This document shows positions 41,844 to 64,000 of a stretch of DNA of 64,000 bases, one piece after another. The stretch's first letter is position 1. Each line of letters begins with the position of its first letter. The position numbers were made by a program, and so were the translations under genes. The notes beneath the pieces were generated by a model, which worked only from the letters and a program-made list of their open reading frames with translations, was not told where the DNA came from and made no database searches. Source of the DNA: Flaccisagitta enflata (Eukaryota); contig OZ231126.1 of assembly GCA_965153355.1 (NCBI GenBank), positions 21,204,001 to 21,268,000 on the forward strand. Direction: 5' to 3'.

Positions 41844-42126
41844 GGCAGATAAATGATGCAGGGTGCTGAGTTGGTGACTGATCTCATACGAGAGAGAATT
41901 GGGTAACAGGGTGTGGAGAAATAGAAAGTGTAAAGGACAAAAAAAACTGAAAAAAAAAGAGAGAAAAGATGAAAAGAGTAAATGACTATGAAGAAAAAAA
42001 AGCAAAAAGAGCAAAAAAGCAAAAAAGCAAGGAGAAAACGAAAAAAAGTGCCGACGCGTGCGCAAACAAATTAGAGACTCTTAATGTTTTCCAGACTTTT
42101 CCTTTCAAATAACGAGTCAGAAAAAA

Positions 42127-42181
<55 letters not shown>

Positions 42182-43875
42182 GGAAAAGCTATTGGCAAAA
42201 AAGCTGCAGTTCCATTTTCTCTCTCAAATGGTAAAACCAATTCCGATGGAATTGGAAAAAGAGAAAATGACAGCGAAAATAAAGTGAAAAAAAAAAAGAA
42301 CAAGATAAAAAAAAGAAAGAAAGAATGTTATCCAATGTGGTCAACATTTCCTTCTTTCTGTTTTTTTTTTTTCAAAACCATTCACACACGATGTAACTAT
42401 TTGTCTAAAAAGAGAAAATACTAATCCGTGAAATCTTTTATCGTGCCATTTTATGTCCCACAGGATTTATACCAACAATGACCATTACCAAAAATTGAAA
42501 AAGGAAATAGAGAGAAAGTGAGAGAGACAGACTAACTGCCAGGAGAAGAAAATGAGGGTGGGAAACTATTCACACTTTTAGAATTACAGAAACGAGGAAG
42601 GCGTAGAAAGAGCTTCAAAGAGACGCTTCTGCAATTCGGAAAATTACCACTTCTCCTTCGCCTCGGATCCTTGATTGCGTCTACTAGACACTGTCTAGTA
42701 GACAGTACCTAGGATGGTGAGCTTTTTCCCCTTGTCTGTACTGTCTTTTCGCCATTTCCGTTTTTGTCGCATACGTGTATTTTTTTTTGTTACTGATGTG
42801 ATTGTGAGAAGAAATGATTAAAAGAAGATATCCGTTGCCCACAAACAACGTGAGATCTTGATATCTTAATTGGGACATGTTAAAAAGAGACCATTCTTTT
42901 TCCAAGCGACTTCCAAGCAGCTTCTCCTCACAGTTTCAAATTCTCTTCCACTTTCTTTGCTTTGCTTTACTTTCTTGTCGTCGATGGTGACTCATCTTTT
43001 TTCACATCTTCCCTTTCCTTTTTGGTTGCGGACACGCAACTCTATAAGAGGTTTTGTCCGTCCGTCCGTCCGTTGGTCCGTTGGTCCGTTGGTTCGTCGG
43101 TCTATTCGTGAGCACGAGTCGAAAAATGGGAAAACGAGGGTTTTAGAAGCTTATTGTGTAAGTATCTGTGTTGGAAGGGGGGTTGGGTGGAGCGTTGGGT
43201 GTGGATGGGGGTTGGCTGCCCCTGCCCACCCGTCCGCAACGATATTGGGATCCCGCGTCACTTGTTCGATTACTGCTTCATTTACGTCCGGCAAACGTTT
43301 AAGATTATAATGATTTCAATGTTTTAAAAATGATTGTTAAGCTTATAAAAGGAAAATCGATTGGATGAGAAATGACTCGATTCAGAGGGGTTAGATTCAA
43401 ATTTTTGAATACATAAACATAAACACCTTTCCAAATTCAAAAACATTTAAACGTGACTCATGTCGATACTGTGTCACCAAAAAATAAAAACGCCGTTACA
43501 CTGTTAAAATTCTCTTCTCTTATTACATGAAACAAATGGTAGATTGCAAAGTTATAAATATCCCTCGTTTGCCTTCTTCTTATTGAAACCATTTCATTCA
43601 TTCCTTCCACGCCATTTGCCTCACTTTTTTCGCCCATCCTAAGACAATTCATCTTTCTCTTTCTCTTCTCCACAGACAATTCATCTTTCTCTTTCTCATA
43701 TCGTTGTCAATCCATCTTTCTTTTTCTCATTCAAGCAATGACCAACTCTCACCTTTTTCAGGGTCTCACTTTTCGTACTCTCTTTTTGGTCTCTGTCTCT
43801 GTCTCTATTTCAATCACTCTTTTTCTGTCCCTCTCAATCTCATGAACTTTCTCTGTCTCTGTCTATCTTTCTGTC

Positions 43876-43993
<118 letters not shown>

Positions 43994-44779
43994 CCTACTC
44001 AGTGTCTCACATTCTGAAGAGGCATTCCCAGCACGTCCTTTACCCTTGACCCTCTGGGCGTGCATGACAACTGCATTTTTCGTGTGCGCGTTTCAAACCC
44101 ACACAATTGCGAGTTGATGCTGATGTTGAACTTACCATCTTCATTCTCTGCATTTGCTAGGTTTTACATCTGCAATCACTTGAACAATAGTTAAAAAAGA
44201 GAAATGACCCTTCGATTCTTTGAACAACGCGAGTTCATTGTTAAAATGCCATCATCATTCTATTGACCCAAATCCGATATTCATGTTACTATTACTACCC
44301 TCAATCGCTTTTTAGATGCGTCCATCAAGAACTCATCGATATAAGAGGGTTTGTCCGTCCGTCCGTCTGTTGGTCCGTCCGTCCGTGCGTCCGTGCGTCC
44401 GTATGTCCGTCTGTTGCGCCTGTGCAAAAAACTCGTTTAACGGCTGTTTTTGGCCACGGTAAGATCCTATAACGAATCAAATGATAGACAATCATATTTT
44501 GAGAGCCTTCTCCACTACTTAGTCTTTGCATATGTTTATTTGTCCATCTGTCTCTCCATATGTGTCACATGCTCAATACATGCAGAGACACAGTCCGGAA
44601 GTATCGTTGCTCGGTCGGGCTTGTTTTTCTATCAGTCATGACGTCGGCGATATTGCTCATTTTGTCTGACTTTGTTTTGGTCTCTGCCTGTCTTTCTGTC
44701 TGTCTGTCTGTCTGTCTGTCGGTCTGTCTGTGTCTGTCTTTCTATTTGTCTGTCTGTCTTTATCTTTTGGTTCGTCTGT

Positions 44780-44902
<123 letters not shown>

Positions 44903-46057
44903 AACGTCGACCTTTGGGGGTTCAGAGGTCTTTCTGGTTCCATTTCTTGGCGATCTCAAGCTGAGGAAAATGGTTGATTGCGGTCTTAGGATTGACTCCC
45001 GAAAAAACTTCCCCATGACCCAAAATGGATCATGAGAAAAAAAAATGGGGGAACGAGAGGAAAAAAGATATAAGGGTAAAAAGCAACAAGGCCGGATACA
45101 TGGCTACCCCAATAGCGTGCGGGCGGGCGGGGGCAGTGATATTGGGCAACGAAAGGTGCCTGATGAAATACGCCGAATGTACCGGCAGTGGGCACGCTTT
45201 CTAATCAACAGCAGGTGAAGCCAAACTAATGCACTGTAACAAAAAAAAACGTGGATAACTAAACGTGGATAACTAAGGCATCAGTCCGGCCTGTATGAAG
45301 GAGAAGGGAGCGTCGAGCGAGGGGCCTTCGACATCATACTTGATGGTTCCTAACACTGTTAGTAACAGTTGCGTCGGCAAATGCATGACATGACATGATT
45401 TTAACCTGATTCAAATGAAAAGATCAATGATAATTGTTTCGTGATCCATAATTTGTAGCTAAAAAAATGATCTTACTTTGTTGCATCATCGTCTTACTCT
45501 TTCATATCATACATGCGTTTCGTAAAGTAACTCTCTGGTAAAGAAAGGCAGAAAAAAAAAGGAAGATGAAAAAAAAGAAAGAAACCATCTGGACAGAAAC
45601 ACTATGTCTGAGTTAATTTGAATGTTTACATTTCTCATTTTCAAACAAGGCCGGATACACGGCTACCCCATTCGCTTGCGGGTGGGCAGGGGCTGTAATT
45701 GAGGTCACCAGATCATTTGGGCAGGAGCAGTGGGGCCAAAAACCACAAAAACCCCAAAAAAGTAAAGTGTGACGGATGGGCGGGCCGACCGACGGACGGA
45801 CCGACACAGCGGGTTGTAGAGTCGCGTAGCACGCGACTTCAAATTGTGTCCCTGAAATAAAGATCTAGGCGGAGATACGAGATCTGCAATCATCAGTAAA
45901 ACCTTTTTGTCAATATCAGCAAGCCAATAACCTTTGAATGTAAAGTTTCCTAATAAGATTAAGACTTCTAGAAAAAACGTACAGTGCTTTTTCCAGATGA
46001 GCAAAACAGAAAGAAGTCAAGAGAGATAGTGAGAAAGAAAGAAAAAAGAAAGAATGA

Positions 46058-46105
<48 letters not shown>

Positions 46106-46298
46106 GAACAGAAATAAAGAAAAAGAAAGATAGAAAGAAAGCTCCGAGTTCTTCTCGTTCTCGCCTTCTCCATCATTATCAACGATTTGTATTCAAGGAT
46201 TTCTCGACCCTCCTTTCTTTTCCATAGCTTCTTCATTCTATCATGGTTCCAAATATCGTCCACATCGTCGTCCTCCGCGTCAAATATTCGACTTTGAA

Positions 46299-46413
<115 letters not shown>

Positions 46414-46440
46414 TTGTTGTCGTTGTTTTTTTGGTGCTGC

Positions 46441-46512
<72 letters not shown>

Positions 46513-46558
46513 GGATGTGGTTGTTGTTTTGGTTGTGGTTGTGGTTGTGGTTGTGGTT

Positions 46559-46657
<99 letters not shown>

Positions 46658-48286
46658 ATTATGGTTATTGTTGTCCAAACAAATATTCTTTTAAACAACC
46701 TTCTCAAGCGGTCTACAGTGATTTGGGTTCCCTTTTTTTCCTACTCGTTTTGGGTGAGTTTGTGAGTGACTTTGATGGCTCACTAAGCAAATCTGACTGT
46801 CTGGTGATCATAAAGCAAATGTGGGCCTCATAAAAACTCCCTCTGACGACTTCATAAATGACAAAAGAGGAAAAAAAGAGAAGAAAAGATGGCTGGTCAA
46901 GAAGGAAGGGAAAGGGAAAAAATTGACCACGTCGGGGTGGGGGTGAAGGAAGGGAGATAAAGAAAGAAAGGGGAGGGGAAGAACTGACTATGTCAGGGTG
47001 GGAATGAAGGAAGGAAGATAAAGGAAGAAATGAAACGATGGCTGGTTAAAAAGGAAGGGAAGGGGAAAAATTGACCACGTTGAGTTGGGGATGAAAAAGG
47101 GAGATACAGGAAGAGATGAAAAGATGGATGGTCAGGCAAGAAGGGGAGGAAGGAAGGGGAAAAATTGACCACGTCGGGGTGGGGGTAAAGGAAGTGAGAT
47201 AGCTGAAGAGGAGAAAGATGGCTAGTCAAGAAGGAAGGGAAGGAAGGAAGGGGAAAAATTGACCACGTCATGGTAGGGGTAAAGGAAGTGAGATAGCGGA
47301 AGAAGAGAAAGATGGCTAGTCAAGAAGGAAGGGAAGGAAGGAAGGGGAAAAATTGACCACGTCATGGTGGGGGTAAAGGAAGTGAGATAGCGGAAGAAGA
47401 GAAAGATAGCTAGTCAAGAAGGAAGGGAAGGGGAAAGATTGACTATGTCGGGATGGGGAAAAAGGAGGGGGAGAGATCGATGATATCGGCGCAGTTGCGG
47501 GGAGAAATTTTTTTCTTTCAAGAGGTCATAAACGAAATAGTTTAAGGAGGGGTAAGAAATTCATCGAGTATGTTCGAAAAAGTTGAAGAAAGATTTACAC
47601 AACCTTTGAGAAGCGGGGAGGGGGGGGGTACTGTTGGTCAAAGGATGATAATGAATGCTTTCAACGTGTGGAAGCAGAACATCTAAGAAAAAAAGTGAAT
47701 ACACGCTTGTCCATATAACATAAATGGACGAATGTAAAAATAAAAAAAGCCCAATAAACCAAACAATGCCCATAAGCGCAACAGTCGCATAATCCGTATG
47801 ATAAGCTTGACAGCGTGATAAGTATGCTTGGCTTGACAGCTGCACACTTCAAACGACTTGAATTGCGTGCTAGACATTAAACTATCGATGTTAAAGACAG
47901 AGGGATGGCCCGCCTGACGGACCAGGCGACCTAGTAACATGCTCATTCACGTACACGCAAACAAATAGAATGGAACAGCGTGGACAAAGAAAGGGAGCCA
48001 ACAAAGACTTGAGGCGCAAAAAAGTAAAGGAGCCAAAAAAGTCTCTAAGAGTAGAGGAGTGCAAAAAAAGAGATGGAGCCAAAAACTCTCTCTCTCTCCG
48101 ATGCACACGTAAAAAGGTCGGTAAACGATTTGGAGGGAAAAAGAGGTGAAGAACTTTGATGAAATGAATAGAAATGACTGGAAAAGAGGTGGGTAACAAA
48201 AGAGGTTAGAACTCTCTTTCTTTCTTTCTCTCTTTCTTTCTTTCTTTCTTTTTTCTTTCTTTCTTTCTCTCTTTCTTTCTGTTTTT

Positions 48287-48401
<115 letters not shown>

Positions 48402-48416
48402 CTTTCTTTCTTTCTT

Positions 48417-48525
<109 letters not shown>

Positions 48526-49088
48526 TTTATAAAAGATGGAAAAAGAGGGAAAATTATTTGGAGATGGGATAGGAGAGAAAAGAAAGAGTACAACTTGGAC
48601 AGGGTTGAAGGCAAGTAGTAGGCAAGGAGGACGAAGATCACAACGAGGACAACAACAAGGACAACAACGAGGACAACAACGAGGACGAGGACGTCACCGA
48701 GTTTGAGGAAGAGGGCGAAGCCATTGGTATGCATGTTCATGTCTATGAAGTCCCGGGCACTGCCTTCCAAACGAGAAATGACTTTGAAAAAAAAAATGGA
48801 GGCGAGAAAAAAAAAACACGAAAAAAAATGGAGAGGAAATGAGAAATTTTGTAAGGTGAGTCTGGAAGCTGAAGGAAATGAAATCGGATAATTTTTTCTT
48901 CTTTATTTCGGTTAGATTTTTGGATTATAATGCAATTCTCTGATTTTGACTTGGAGAAGAGAGACAGAGAAAAAAAAAAGAAAAAAAAAAAAAACCCGAA
49001 ATATTACCTGCGAAATCGTTATGATGACGTTGTATGATCTTTATATGAAGATAGTATTTTTTTTATATTGATCTTGATATTGTAAGTT

Positions 49089-49620
49089 AACAAGTCATCC
49101 AAGGATTGCATATGGTCAGCGGTACACGATGCCCTGCTTGGAGTGATCAACTGAAGAGATGGAGTGAGAGCAGGGCAGCGGCCCCAAAGGGCCAATGTCC
49201 TGTAGGACACAGGGGTGAATTTCCTTACGTCCTGAGAAGGCATATTTCAGGCCTTAAAGGTAATTTTCAATGATATTTAATGGGAGCTATGTATTTTCTA
49301 CAATTTATTGTCAATTTTCTATGTTATTCAATGGGAATTTCATTTTTTTGTCAATTTTCTATGTTATTCGATGAAAAATGTGCATTTTTCTATTGTTTGT
49401 AAATTTTCCATGTTATTCAATGGGAAGTTTGCAAGTTGTAATGGGAAGTTTGCATTTTGTTATTTTCCCATGTTATTCAATAGAAATTTGAGAATTGAGA
49501 AGGTTCAGGGGGGACGGATGGACGGACGAACGGACGTACAGACGGATGGATGGACGGACATAAGGAAATTCACCCCTGTGTCCTACAGGACTTCGGCCCT
49601 TTGGGGCCGCTGCCCAAAAA
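49089..49620 (-). mobile_element. Foldback HINE-like element with a different AT-rich internal repeat; in B and C (57264-57796), absent from A
   Basis: gggcagcggccccaaagggcc / ggccctttggggccgctgccc inverted repeats; empty site gtaagttaaaaagataaatg at ~31683. Confidence 0.8.
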
Positions 49621-49848
49621 GGTAAATGATATGATTGATATGACTGAGAATTCCAAAGAAAATACAAGCTATAGAGGGGTAGTTTGAATGCAATTGTTAA
49701 CATCATGAAGAATTGGGAATGCAGAAGCCTATCTTATTTTCACTTGGCAAGAGAAATTCTTTTCTGGAGTCTTGAAAACAACAACAATTCTGTGGATTGA
49801 AATCGATGAATTATGAATATTTAGCGGCTCTTTGTTATCCAAAGAGAG

Positions 49849-50037
<189 letters not shown>

Positions 50038-50311
50038 AGGCGGAAAAGAGGAAGAGGGAAAGAAGGATAAGAGAGGAAAGATGCGGAGACATTCTTCATG
50101 AATTTCCAGACGGGGTTGACACTTATTCGCGCGAGCGGCCAAACTGATGATACGATACCATTTCGAAAAACAAAAACATCACCAATTCAATGCCTCTCTC
50201 TCTCTCTTCTTCTTCTTCTTCTCTTTTGGGCAGCGGCCCCGAAGGGGACAAAGTCCTGTAGCACACAAGGGACTTTCGTTTGTTTGTACGTTTGTCTGTT
50301 TGTTCGAGATA

Positions 50312-51658
50312 TTCCGTGGCGTTCCTTTATAACGTATTAAACCGTCAAAAATCGTTTCAAAAATGAAAAAAAGTGGATTATTGTAACAAAAATTATGAAT
50401 TTTTGTCACAAAAATGCTTAAAAAAGCCGTTTTGAAACGGGCGTTCTTATGCAGTTTTAAAACGATCTTATATTGTCGTTTCAAAACCACAAGTATGCGC
50501 AACTTTTGAAACTAATTTTGAAGCATAGTTGCCGTTTCAGAACTTGCAATTCTAAAGTTTTAAAACCATGAAATTTTTGCGTTTCAAAACGCTTGAAAAC
50601 AGCGCTAAAGTTACAGTCAGCAAGGGAGAAAATCTATATATCTTTGTATTCTTATCACCATTTTTACCGTTTTGAAAACGCAAAAAATTGAAGTATTGAA
50701 ACTAAGAAAAAATGCGTTTAAAGATTTAAACATGGTTATATGCTAGGTGGAACAATTTCCCTAACTTTACCCAAACTGAAATAAATGGAAGAGGGCCCCG
50801 TTAGCCCTCACTGACTGGCTAATATGCGCGCCACTCTTGGTTTTCCATAAAACGGAATCTGAAAGACATCCTTTTGGACAGCGGCCCCAAAGGTTGATGA
50901 CCTATGCTTTCATACATATGGGGAATTTTCTCCTCCTCCTTCTTCTCCTTCGTATCCCCCTTCCCCCAACCTCAAGGCCCATATCCCAGCCTTGAGGCTT
51001 TTATCCCAGCCTCGAGGCCCAAATCCCAGACGTGAGGCCCAAATTCGATGGACGGACAAAGCAGGGTGTAGAGTTGTGTAGCACGCGACTAAAAATGGGG
51101 TGAAACACTATGTGTTGCCATCAAATGCTTGCCGTCCTATTGTTGTTGAATTGTGACTCCATGTCACTTGTATTTTATGTAAATTTGCTAATGTGTAATG
51201 TTTTACTACTTTGAAGGACGTTACAAAAAGCTTATTTTTTACAGTTTTGAAACTGCAAAAAATTGAAGTTTTGAAACTGCAAAAAATTGAATTTATGAAA
51301 CGTTTTTACAAGCAACTTTTTGACAGTTTCAAAACTGCAAAAAAATTGCTTATGGGTACGGCGATTTCATATTTCATAATTTCACTGACACTGCCACTGC
51401 CACTGCCACTGGCTAGAGGTGAGAAAGAAATGTTATTTCAGTCATGTTTTCAAAAGCCCTTTTTATGCAGTTTTGATACTCCCCAAAAACGCGGTTTCAA
51501 AAGGCAGCACTATGCCTGCGTTTTGAAACCTAGATAACCTCAAAGGACGTTGTTGTATGCATAAATGATTTTGGACGTTTTGAAACTGCTGCATACTAGG
51601 AGTTTTGATACGTCGTTCCCCTATTTGGGACGATAATGCCATAATAACGCCAACGGAA
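50312..51658. mobile_element. ~1.35-kb TA-flanked TIR element rich in gttttgaaac/gtttcaaaac sub-repeats, nested in the 21-bp-repeat element (copy in C 58525-59879)
   Basis: TA|TTCCGTGGCGTT ... AACGCCAACGGAA|TA; absent from copy A; contains HINE fragments at ~50870-51095. Confidence 0.7.
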
Positions 51659-52200
51659 TAACTGGTTTGTTCTTCCCCCCAGCCCTCTCAGGCCCAAAAT
51701 CTGCCCTCTTAGGCCTAAAATCTGCCTTCTTAGGGCCTGAAATCTGCCCTTTCAGGCCTTGAATCTACCCTCTCAGGCCTAAAATTTATCCTGAAACTTG
51801 TAATCTCAAGCCTTGAATTTGCCTTCTCAGCCCTTTTAGGGTCTGTTGGTCTCTCGCTGAAGTATTTCAAAGAAAAGTTGCCTCGGCATCGGCAGGGGGA
51901 GGGATGCACAAGGGCCAAAATTGGTCAAATTCATCTGTACTGAATACAGAGACAGAATAACAACACTACAGACAGACGGAAACAAATACTGCAACAGAGA
52001 AATTTCAAGACTACTCTCTTTGTTTTATAGGTCAAACAAGTCATGATATTCTCGAAAATGTTTCTTATAAAACTTGGAAAGAAGTTTGACTGGATTTGAA
52101 ATGAAAACCTGTTTGTTTAAAACAAAACTATCGCATTGAATGCATAAAGTTTGGTAACAGGAATAAGAAATTGTTATCTAACTTTTTATACGTCGTTGCA

Positions 52201-60060
<7,860 letters not shown>

Positions 60061-60976
60061 ATTCAAGGCCTGAGAGGACAGATTTCAGGCCTGAGAGGGT
60101 CTGGGGGGCGGACGGATGGACAGACGGACCAACAAACGAAAGTCCCCTGTGTTCTACAGGACTTTGTCCCCTTCGAGGCTACTGCCCTGCCTCTCATTCC
60201 GACTTACAACCATGCAAAGCAGGGCAACGGGTATCGCTGACCAAGTATTACCCTTGGGCGACCTGTTTTCTTTTCTCTTCGGCTCCCTTATTCTGCTCTG
60301 TTTTCTCTCTTCTGCTGTCTCTGCTTTCTTCTTCTATGTTCATTCTCAGGCTTTCTTTATTTGCTTGGTAGATTTTTCCTCCGCAGCTCTGCCTCAAGGA
60401 AGATGCCAAATCTGTCGTTGATTAACGCACTTCCACTTGGATGAGAAATTCTTTGGGTTTTGGGAGAAACAAAGCCGGATACTCGGCTACCCCAGTCGCG
60501 CAGGGGCAGTGATGGAGAGGGTCACTCGGGCATTTGGGAAGGAGCAGTGAATTAAAAAAGCTCATGTATGGGGACCGTCCAACCAACCGACCGAGCGATC
60601 GACCGACATAGCGGGGTGAAGAGTCGCGTAGCCCATAAAGAAAAAAACAGATGAAGGGGAAAACTGTATTTGAATTCAAGGACAATATATAATGATATAG
60701 GTTTGTTCCTTTTCTATCGAAAAGTAGGCAACTTCAAAGTACGGTATCAAAACACGTGACCATTGACTAATCAGTTTTCCCATATCACCCGCCAATAACA
60801 ACTCATCCATTCCCACCCCCTTTTGCGCGACCATCTCTATGCTCTGCGTGACCGTCTGCCCCACGATCGAGTATTCCATCGCGGTCTCTTTGATTTCCGT
60901 TGACCCTCCACAACCCCCATCAAACCCGCCAAGCGTTCTGTATTGTCTCTTTCCACTCAATAATGGCAACCAATAA

Positions 60977-61033
<57 letters not shown>

Positions 61034-61606
61034 TCTCTTTATCCACTAGACCAAGACTGTCCGCCATGCTAAATATGGAAAGGAATCAGTGGGTAGAGAA
61101 AAAAAAAACACGAAAAAAAACAAACCCCCCATAAACAAAAAACAACAAACAAAAACAAACACGGAAAAAGATATATTCAAATTACTCTCTCCTATAATTG
61201 GCTGAAGGTGTACATCTATCAAACGTAAGCCAATTGATCATTCTTGGTTACATTAGTGTCACGACAGTATATCATTTGTAGAAAAAAATCCCTCCCTCCT
61301 CCCTTGTTGCATTGCGTTTGCTGGTACGTTGCGTTTCTCATTTTCTTCCATTCTCCTTAACATCTTCTTCCCTATCAGCTTGTTCTTTTTTTTCCCTCTT
61401 TTTCTTCTTCTTTCTCATCCTATTTTCGGCTCCGGTCTCAGTCTTCGGCTTGCGAGTGAGATGCGAGTGTGAATTTGCGTCTCTGCCGAATTTATTCCCA
61501 CCTAATGTAATTTGTCACGATATCGTTGTGAGTTATGAAAGAAAACGCGGCATAAAACGCAGAGGAAGAAAGAAAGAAAAGAAAAACGGCGGAGAGCATC
61601 TACAAC

Positions 61607-61715
<109 letters not shown>

Positions 61716-62211
61716 GAGAGACAGAGAGAGAGAGACAGAGAGAGAGACAGAGAGAGAGAGAGACAGAGAGACAGAGAGACAGAGAGACAGAGAGAGAGAG
61801 AGAGAGGCAAAGGACAAGAAGTCAATAGAGGAACTGGTGCATTACGCCGATTCAAGAACACTTTTTTTCATTCCACAGTAGCTACAATGGGCTAGAAATG
61901 TTGAATTTCATTAGTATAATGTGCCCTGAAAATTTCAGGATGATAAATAACCGAAACCAAAAAGCATATGGACCTTGGAGTATTTAAAAAGCGGTAAAAG
62001 GCGTTTCTTTTGCATTTTTATGCATTATCTCGATAAAGACCCGGGAGAAACCTGTGTAGCAGCATGAAATTTGACATGGGCTGACTATCTATAAATTATT
62101 ATGACTCAGTTGTGCTTTTGAGGCAGAAATTTTGTACAATTAGACCACAAAACAGATTTTTTCATCACTTTTTCCGTAAGCAGCAAAAAAAAGAAAAAAA
62201 AATATCAACAA

Positions 62212-62255
<44 letters not shown>

Positions 62256-62330
62256 GCAGCAATGACAACAACAACAACAGCAACAATGACAACAACAACA
62301 GCAACAACGACAACAACGACAGCAACAACG

Positions 62331-62382
<52 letters not shown>

Positions 62383-62719
62383 CTTACCTGCTGTCTTTAT
62401 CTTTATCAATGCCGACTATGATTGAACAAGACAAATACCATGGCGACCATGACGCGCTTTTGAAACAACGATGCCAGTGCTAAGGAATTTACGTTTATGC
62501 TAATGTTGACAATGAGAGCCAAGATAGCAAGGCATTCCAAACTAACATAACATCAGCGTAAAACCAATGTTTAATTTCGTCCATAAGAGTTAGTTTCCTT
62601 TACGGTTATGTTGATAGTATCCCCGTTTACACGCCGTCGACTTGTTAGAGAAAGCTGCTTTTAAATTCATCCTCGACAAAGGGGGAATTCAAAAGCTTCC
62701 GGACAAAGTGAAGGAAAAT

Positions 62720-63050
62720 CGATCATGCGGCGGTTCCGCCACTCAGAATCAACTACGACAATGACTTCATGAATTAAGCTTTGAATGAACTCAGAGAGAG
62801 CTGTTACCACATGATGCGAGATTCCAAAGCAAGAAGCGATCGGCGGGAACTGGCAGAGCTTGTGCTTCATTCATTCATTCATTCATGGATTCCCTTTGCC
62901 AAGTAGCAGTATCAGAAGCGTGCTTTGGCCAAAGTGGACTCTACGTTCCGAAGATGCTGCGGTATTGCGAGCAAAGGGGTTATCCAGAGGAGAATGTGCA
63001 GAAGCTACATCAATTTTGCAAGTTCCAAGTCGTCTTTGTTCCATATCGTC
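62720..63050 (+). pseudogene. Possible degenerate DNA transposase fragment
   Basis: RSDRRELAELVL (from 62832) then, in another frame, AVSEACFGQSGLYVPKML..Q...LHQFCKFQVVFVPY. This resembles the R-x-D-x-RELxEL / PGAxxxAR(W/F)...Y-x-x-K pattern I recall from invertebrate transposase-like proteins. Stops, a frameshift and a (TTCA)n insertion are present. Confidence 0.3.
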
Positions 63051-64000
63051 AAAGCGTTGGTTTTTAGTCGCGTGCTACGCGACTCTATAAGCCACTTTTT
63101 GGTCCGTCGGTTGGTCGGTCACAAACTTGTCTTAAAGGCTTTTTATTGAATTTTTCATGTTTTTGAGTAGTAGAGAAGAAGCTTGGAGTAGTAAAACACT
63201 ATTTTGACTGTCGTTATGAAAAAAAAGTCGTTTGTCTGTCTGTCTGCCTGGATTTTTTTGAAAGTGCCAACGCACATGACATAGGTCTAACACCCCTCTC
63301 AAAATTAGGCGAACTGGGATCAGAACAAGTCTGTAAATGCTTCATAAATTACTTATAAAGAGTCTGAGTGTTAGGTTAACTTTAATATATGTAATTTCCG
63401 GCAGGGTTATACAAAAATTGTCCGAAGAATGTCAACCAATGACTCCTAATCTCTTCTTTCAATTAATACCATACTATTGTATTTTTGATGGAAGTTCCAA
63501 ATTGACCGGTGTAACCAACCTATTCGTCAATGGATTCAGTCGCTTTGTGGTGCTGCTCCTTATTCCCATTGCGTCATTGTTGCTTGGTAGTTATATAACA
63601 ACTCGGGAATGGCAGTTTTGGCCCAACTCATATGGGGAAAAATGAGAAAGTTTGCGCAGACTCTAGCTCATACGAAGATTTCTTGTCAAAATCAGTCAAA
63701 ATCTTCCACCCCATTTTTAGGTGCCCCATAGCACCTCTATAAGAGGCTCTGTCTGTCGGTTGGTCGGTCGGTTGGTCTGTAACGCTCGAGTTGAAAATCT
63801 CGAAAAGAGGCAAAAATCACTGGAAATGATTCAGAAATATGCTAGGATAATTTTTAGATGCGCCATAGCATCTCTATAAGTAGCTCTGTTAGTCCGTCCG
63901 TCCATCTTTCTGTCAAGCTCGAATGAAAAATCGCTAAAAATGTTTGAAATCAATAGAAAACTCATTTTGTTCATCATAAATGATAGCATATACATCATAT

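Overview
Eukaryotic (invertebrate animal-like) genomic DNA, very rich in microsatellites and non-autonomous transposons; nearly all ORFs in the supplied track are low-complexity artefacts. The only convincing gene is a divergent posterior-class (Abd-B/Post/PG9-14) Hox gene on the minus strand. Two short exons (2184-2108 and 1822-1727) with canonical splice sites join in frame to give homeodomain residues 1-44 (GRKKRKPYTKHQ|TFILEQEYLMSTYITRQRRLELARNLSLTERQ); helix 3 must lie left of the window. The remaining ~60 kb is its intron/upstream region. It contains TA-flanked Tc1/mariner-type MITEs, several families of Helentron-associated (HINE/DINE-1-like) elements, minisatellites, a few candidate regulatory blocks, and a large segmental duplication (A 22304-35119 vs 41632-61837, the latter containing a near-identical 7.9-kb tandem repeat B/C). 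The most striking new observation is a 592-bp Transib/RAG-like non-autonomous element (33815-34406) with a 5-bp TSD; both of its ends read heptamer + exactly 23-bp spacer + ACAAAAA nonamer, like V(D)J 23-RSS. Species and family assignments are from pattern recognition only; no searches were run.
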